NCBI GenBank assembly: GCA_020429915.1
Contig: JAGQKV010000018.1
Span: forward strand, 5,770-69,769
Direction: 5' to 3'
DNA from: Candidatus Omnitrophota bacterium
Lineage (GTDB): Bacteria > Omnitrophota > Gorgyraeia > Zapsychrales > Zapsychraceae
DNA: 64,000 nucleotides
Part shown: positions 60,385 to 64,000 of the stretch, piece after piece
Position numbering within the stretch: the stretch's first letter is position 1
Layout of the letters: each line of letters begins with the position of its first letter
Position numbers and translations under genes: made by a program
Notes under the pieces: model-generated
Database searches by the model: none
Told to the model about the DNA's origin: nothing
The model's input: only the letters and a program-made list of their open reading frames with translations

Positions 60385-61535
60385 TATCGGGCCCTCGCCT
60401 TTTCCCAGGTAATCTGCTGACCGGCACTCATGAAACGGACGAATCCTATAAGGGCCGAAAAGTTCAATAAACAGAAGACATACGGTATGTAACACACTTT
60501 GGACAAGATCCTGAGCATACCATACTTTTGGTGCCTTGCCAACCCGCCGACCGCGGCCATGACGTAAAAAAGCAGTTGCAGAGTCATCAATCCGCGGTAA
60601 AACGGTTCACTCCACAACAGCATGTTGAGACAAAAAATTCCAATAAGCAAAAACGGCGCCGCGACCCGCAGAAACTTGTGCGAAAAGAGCTGAACGGCGA
60701 CCGGACTGGCAAGGGGATTGAACAGACCGATAAATATCCGGAACACCTGCCAATTGCCATACAAAGTCCGCGCCTTGCGGCGGTACTCTTCGCGGGGACT
60801 GTCCGCCACCTCATCGTAAGCCTTGGCCTCCCCGTCGAAGATCGCCCGGTAGCCTTGCTGCACAATCTTCAGCGGGATGTACACGTCGTCCAAGACCACC
60901 TCCGCGGGAACCGTCGGGTAGAGCGCCTTCCGGATCGCATAGACCGCGCCGGTCGCGCCCAGCATCGAGTGGATGCGGCTCTCGCATTTGCGCATAAATT
61001 TCTCATAATTCCAGTAGAGATTGATGCCGCGCGCCGTTGCTCCCTCTTTCCGCGAGAACATCAGTTCTCCGGACACGCATCCGACGCTCTGGTCCGCGAA
61101 GTTTGCCACCAGCTGACGGATCGCGTCGGCGGCAAACTCCTGCCGCGCGTCGGTGAATACGATAACTTCATGTCGCGCCTTGGCGACCAGGTCATTCAAC
61201 GTCGCCATCTTGCCTCGACGTTCGGCATGTTCGATCAGACGCACCCGCGGATCGGTAAAACTTTTTACGATCGCGTTGGTCCGATCGGTGGAGCCGTCGG
61301 AACCGATCAGGATTTCGAACTTATCGACCGGATAATCCAGCGCCAGAAAGTTCCTCAGCTTGGCCTCGATCACATCCTCTTCATTCCAGACCGAAATGAC
61401 CACCGAGACGGTGGGGCAATACTCCCCTTTGGCCACTTTCCGCTCGGCCGCCCGCGCGAACGCCGCCGCCGATAACGGATAAAGCAGGTAACACCAAAGT
61501 ATTAAAAATATCGAGATCCAGAGAATTATACTCAT
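60384..61535 (-). CDS. membrane glycosyltransferase family 2 (processive synthase-like)
   Basis: SVWNEEDVI, GSDGSTD, VFTDA, C-terminal TM helices. Q..RW-like region RRKARTLYGNWQV. Confidence 0.8.
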   Translation of the reverse strand: MSIILWISIFLILWCYLLYPLSAAAFARAAERKVAKGEYCPTVSVVISVWNEEDVIEAKLRNFLALDYPVDKFEILIGSDGSTDRTNAIVKSFTDPRVRLIEHAERRGKMATLNDLVAKARHEVIVFTDARQEFAADAIRQLVANFADQSVGCVSGELMFSRKEGATARGINLYWNYEKFMRKCESRIHSMLGATGAVYAIRKALYPTVPAEVVLDDVYIPLKIVQQGYRAIFDGEAKAYDEVADSPREEYRRKARTLYGNWQVFRIFIGLFNPLASPVAVQLFSHKFLRVAAPFLLIGIFCLNMLLWSEPFYRGLMTLQLLFYVMAAVGGLARHQKYGMLRILSKVCYIPYVFCLLNFSALIGFVRFMSAGQQITWEKARAR

Positions 61536-61738
61536 AGCGCATTGAAACAGCTGGTCTGTCCGGTCCGGACGAACGCAGTCTATTTGGGCAGTCTTTTATT
61601 CTAATGATTTTCTACTTCGCATAGACTTTTACTTACCTGCCAATTTTATTCCTCGAATTTACACTAAGAAAATCGGACCCCATACCCTCGGTTTTCTTTT
61701 TCAATAGATCATATACCAGCAAAATTCACATGAAAGCT

Positions 61739-62503
61739 TCACTTCATAATTTTGATAAACACTTGTCGCAACCAATTGTACCCCCCTTCACGCAGAACCA
61801 ACTTGGTGAGGTTCTTGGTCCTTTCCATGAAGGCCTCTTTGACAGGGACTTCCCCCTTGATTGCCAGTTCAAACCGCGCGAGGTCCCAGTTTTGTTTGAC
61901 CGCGACCCGCGCGTGGCACTGTTCATCGGACAGGTCCCGGGGACGGTCTGAAATAAACACATTCTTGTAGCCGGCCGCATAGGCCATTCTTAAAATCTTG
62001 TCGTTGCAGAAACCGCGCGGGATAGAAAAGTCCCGGATTTCGGTCTCCAGATTGCGCTCCAGATACCGGCGGGAGGCAGCAAGCTCTTCTTCAATCTGCG
62101 TATCTTTCAGATTGGTGAGGATTTCATGACTCATCCCATGCGATCCGATGACCATGCCGTTGGCGACCATTGTCTTCAGCTCGTCCATGGTCATGTACCC
62201 GGGCCGGCCCACCCGGCGGGTGATCACAAAAAAATAGGCAGGATAGCCGAATTCCTTGAGGATCGGCAAGGCTGTCCGGCAGTTGTTGGCTTCCCCGTCG
62301 TCGAAGGTGATGACAACGTCCACCGTCCCCGCCTCTTCGATCCGTTTGACCTTGATGTTTTTCTCACGCAGCATGGTCAGCTGGTCCCGGAAATTGGACT
62401 CGGTCACGTCATAGAGATCGGCACCGACCTCACGCCCGGGCGGAACGGGATCCTGCCCGTTGACGATTCCGTGATACATCAAAATGATCCGCTCTTTACT
62501 CAT
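61739..62503 (-). CDS. polysaccharide deacetylase (NodB/CE4 domain)
   Basis: ITFDDG ... HGMSHE motifs. Confidence 0.85.
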   Translation of the reverse strand: MSKERIILMYHGIVNGQDPVPPGREVGADLYDVTESNFRDQLTMLREKNIKVKRIEEAGTVDVVITFDDGEANNCRTALPILKEFGYPAYFFVITRRVGRPGYMTMDELKTMVANGMVIGSHGMSHEILTNLKDTQIEEELAASRRYLERNLETEIRDFSIPRGFCNDKILRMAYAAGYKNVFISDRPRDLSDEQCHARVAVKQNWDLARFELAIKGEVPVKEAFMERTKNLTKLVLREGGYNWLRQVFIKIMK

Positions 62504-63414
62504 GAGTTCCTGTTCCTAACTTGATAGATAAGCCCGAAACGCAGACGGCTCACCAGACACCGCAACAAAAAAAGCAAGCGCAACGGCCGGCTGCAGTAGA
62601 CATCGCGCGCGTAGATTCGCATTTTCTGAGCGTAAAACTTGGCGAACAGCGGATCCCGTTCAATGGCGTCCCGGCTGTATTCCCTGATGATGCGGTACCC
62701 GAATGTCAACGCCTCCACGAAGCGTGTCTTGGTGACGCTGTCGATGCTTTTACGATAGGCGACCAACGGTTCATCGATCACCGTCAGAAAATAATTCTCC
62801 CGCGCCAGACGCAACCACAACTCGTAGTCCTGGCTGAGCTTCAAGTCTTCGCGAAAACCGCCCACCACGTGAAGGGCCTGCTTGGTCACGACCACACGGG
62901 ACGTCTCCCCGATCACGTTGCCGGTGAGCAACCCTTCGTATACGGACAACTCCCGTTCGAAAAAGGATCCTTCGCGCTGAATATCACAGCCGATCACGGA
63001 CCGGGAGCGTTCGTTCCCCTCGGCATCGATATCAATACGCTCGCAGGCGGTCACCGCCCAATGGTACCGTCCCGACGTTAACGCGCCGACGGCGCGCTCC
63101 AGATACCGCGGATCCCAGGCGTCGTCCGAATCCAGAAAGGCCACATACTTGCCGCGCGCCTCCCGGATCCCGGCATTGCGCGCCGCGCCCGAGCCCCGGT
63201 TTTTCTGGCGGATATATCGGATCCGTTGGGGTTCGGCGGCGGTGTATTCAGCCATCACCCGCTCCGTATCGTCCGTCGAACCGTCGTCGACGACGATCAA
63301 TTCGAAATCCTGGCAGGTCTGCGCCCGCACATTAGCCAGCAGCCCGGGCAGCAGGGCCGCGCGGTTATATGTCGGCGTAACGATACTGGTTTCCGGATTG
63401 CGGTTACTGCTCAT
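62500..63414 (-). CDS. glycosyltransferase family 2
   Basis: SIVTPTYNRA ... VVDDGSTDDT ... AFLDSDD. Confidence 0.8.
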   Translation of the reverse strand: MSSNRNPETSIVTPTYNRAALLPGLLANVRAQTCQDFELIVVDDGSTDDTERVMAEYTAAEPQRIRYIRQKNRGSGAARNAGIREARGKYVAFLDSDDAWDPRYLERAVGALTSGRYHWAVTACERIDIDAEGNERSRSVIGCDIQREGSFFERELSVYEGLLTGNVIGETSRVVVTKQALHVVGGFREDLKLSQDYELWLRLARENYFLTVIDEPLVAYRKSIDSVTKTRFVEALTFGYRIIREYSRDAIERDPLFAKFYAQKMRIYARDVYCSRPLRLLFLLRCLVSRLRFGLIYQVRNRNS

Positions 63415-64000
63415 CGGCAAAATAATACTGATCGACAAGCTGACTGACCGAATGCGGTCCGTCAAAGACCTTGCGGTAGCGCTCGTAGCCGGCCTCGCCC
63501 ATCCGCATCCAGGTCTCACGGTCCGACAGCATGCCGTTTATGGCGCCGGCCAGCTTTTCTGCGTCCGGCTCCGTTATTATCCCGGTTTCTCCGTCGATAA
63601 CCGCCTCGGGGATGCCGCCGATGTTCGTTCCGATCACCGGCAGGCGCAAGGCCATGGCCTCAACGATCGCCAGACCGAGTCCTTCCGAAAAACGCGACGG
63701 TTGCATATAGATGTCGGCGGCATTCAGCACCCGCCAGCCCTCATCGATGATCCCGGCCCAATGGACCCGGTCGGCGATACCCAGTTCGGCGGCCAGCGCA
63801 GGCAGCCGGGATTGTTCGGGATCGACACCGATCTGAACAAGATGCAACCCGGATTCGTTACGGCCGGCCAGTTGAAACGCCTTGAGAAGCAGGTCCAAGC
63901 CTTTGAAGGGAGTATCAAACGCGATGCACGCGATGACCACGGCATTATCCGGGATCTGCATACGGCTCCGGTGTGTCTGACGCAGTTCCGCCGAGCGTTT
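63404..64000 (-). CDS. glycosyltransferase family 1 (GT4), C-terminal part only; N-terminus beyond window
   Basis: EGLGLAIVEAMALRLPVIGTNIGGIPEAV ... GETG. Confidence 0.7.
   Translation of the reverse strand, partial: KRSAELRQTHRSRMQIPDNAVVIACIAFDTPFKGLDLLLKAFQLAGRNESGLHLVQIGVDPEQSRLPALAAELGIADRVHWAGIIDEGWRVLNAADIYMQPSRFSEGLGLAIVEAMALRLPVIGTNIGGIPEAVIDGETGIITEPDAEKLAGAINGMLSDRETWMRMGEAGYERYRKVFDGPHSVSQLVDQYYFADEQ

Noticed and set aside
60528-61475. 315-aa plus-strand ORF (also 62521-63081, 53344-54137 and 54380-55228 plus-strand ORFs)
   Set aside because: Antisense to strongly supported minus-strand genes (GT2, histidine kinase, TPR). High-GC shadow frames.
1-64000. CRISPR arrays, rRNA/tRNA genes, transposase or integrase genes
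   Set aside because: No regularly spaced direct repeats, no rRNA-like or cloverleaf-forming segments in intergenic regions, and no ORF with recombinase or transposase motifs.

Overview
High-GC (about 60%) bacterial chromosomal segment, densely coding, with most genes on the + strand up to about 47 kb and a minus-strand block from 47 to 64 kb. No rRNA, tRNA or CRISPR array was recognised.

By position:
(1) An ECF sigma factor (5'-truncated at the window edge), an anti-sigma-like gene and a translationally coupled membrane-anchored CHAT (caspase-like) protease.
(2) A block of very large secreted proteins. The first is a 1513-aa BNR/Asp-box propeller + CBM-like + GH5 fusion. Next comes an orphan T2SS pseudopilin gspG in a low-GC island bracketed by two copies of an ~80-bp hairpin/terminator repeat. 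Then a 1410-aa GLUG-repeat + novel triple repeat + clan GH-A hydrolase. Last is an 1840-aa secreted protein with four ~160-aa tandem repeats and no recognisable domain, followed by a secreted LRR protein.
(3) Housekeeping genes: rsmJ, hslR, rhodanese, slyD, ssb, ridA, elbB, ppiC, nadC, cyclophilin. These are interspersed with lipoproteins and hypotheticals, a Kv-type K+ channel and a CPBP intramembrane protease.
(4) A molybdenum hydroxylase cluster: FAD, 2Fe-2S and Mo subunits with mocA and xdhC.
(5) On the minus strand, an exopolysaccharide / PEP-CTERM-exosortase locus: galE, an epimerase, GT2 and GT4 transferases, a CE4 deacetylase, exosortase, EpsI, a priming sugar transferase and two PEP-CTERM substrates. 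It also carries a PrsT-like TPR protein, a membrane module, a GAF histidine kinase and a sigma-54 NtrC-type regulator.

The most unusual items are the sigma/anti-sigma/CHAT operon, the repeat-flanked orphan pseudopilin island, and the domain-less giant repeat protein.
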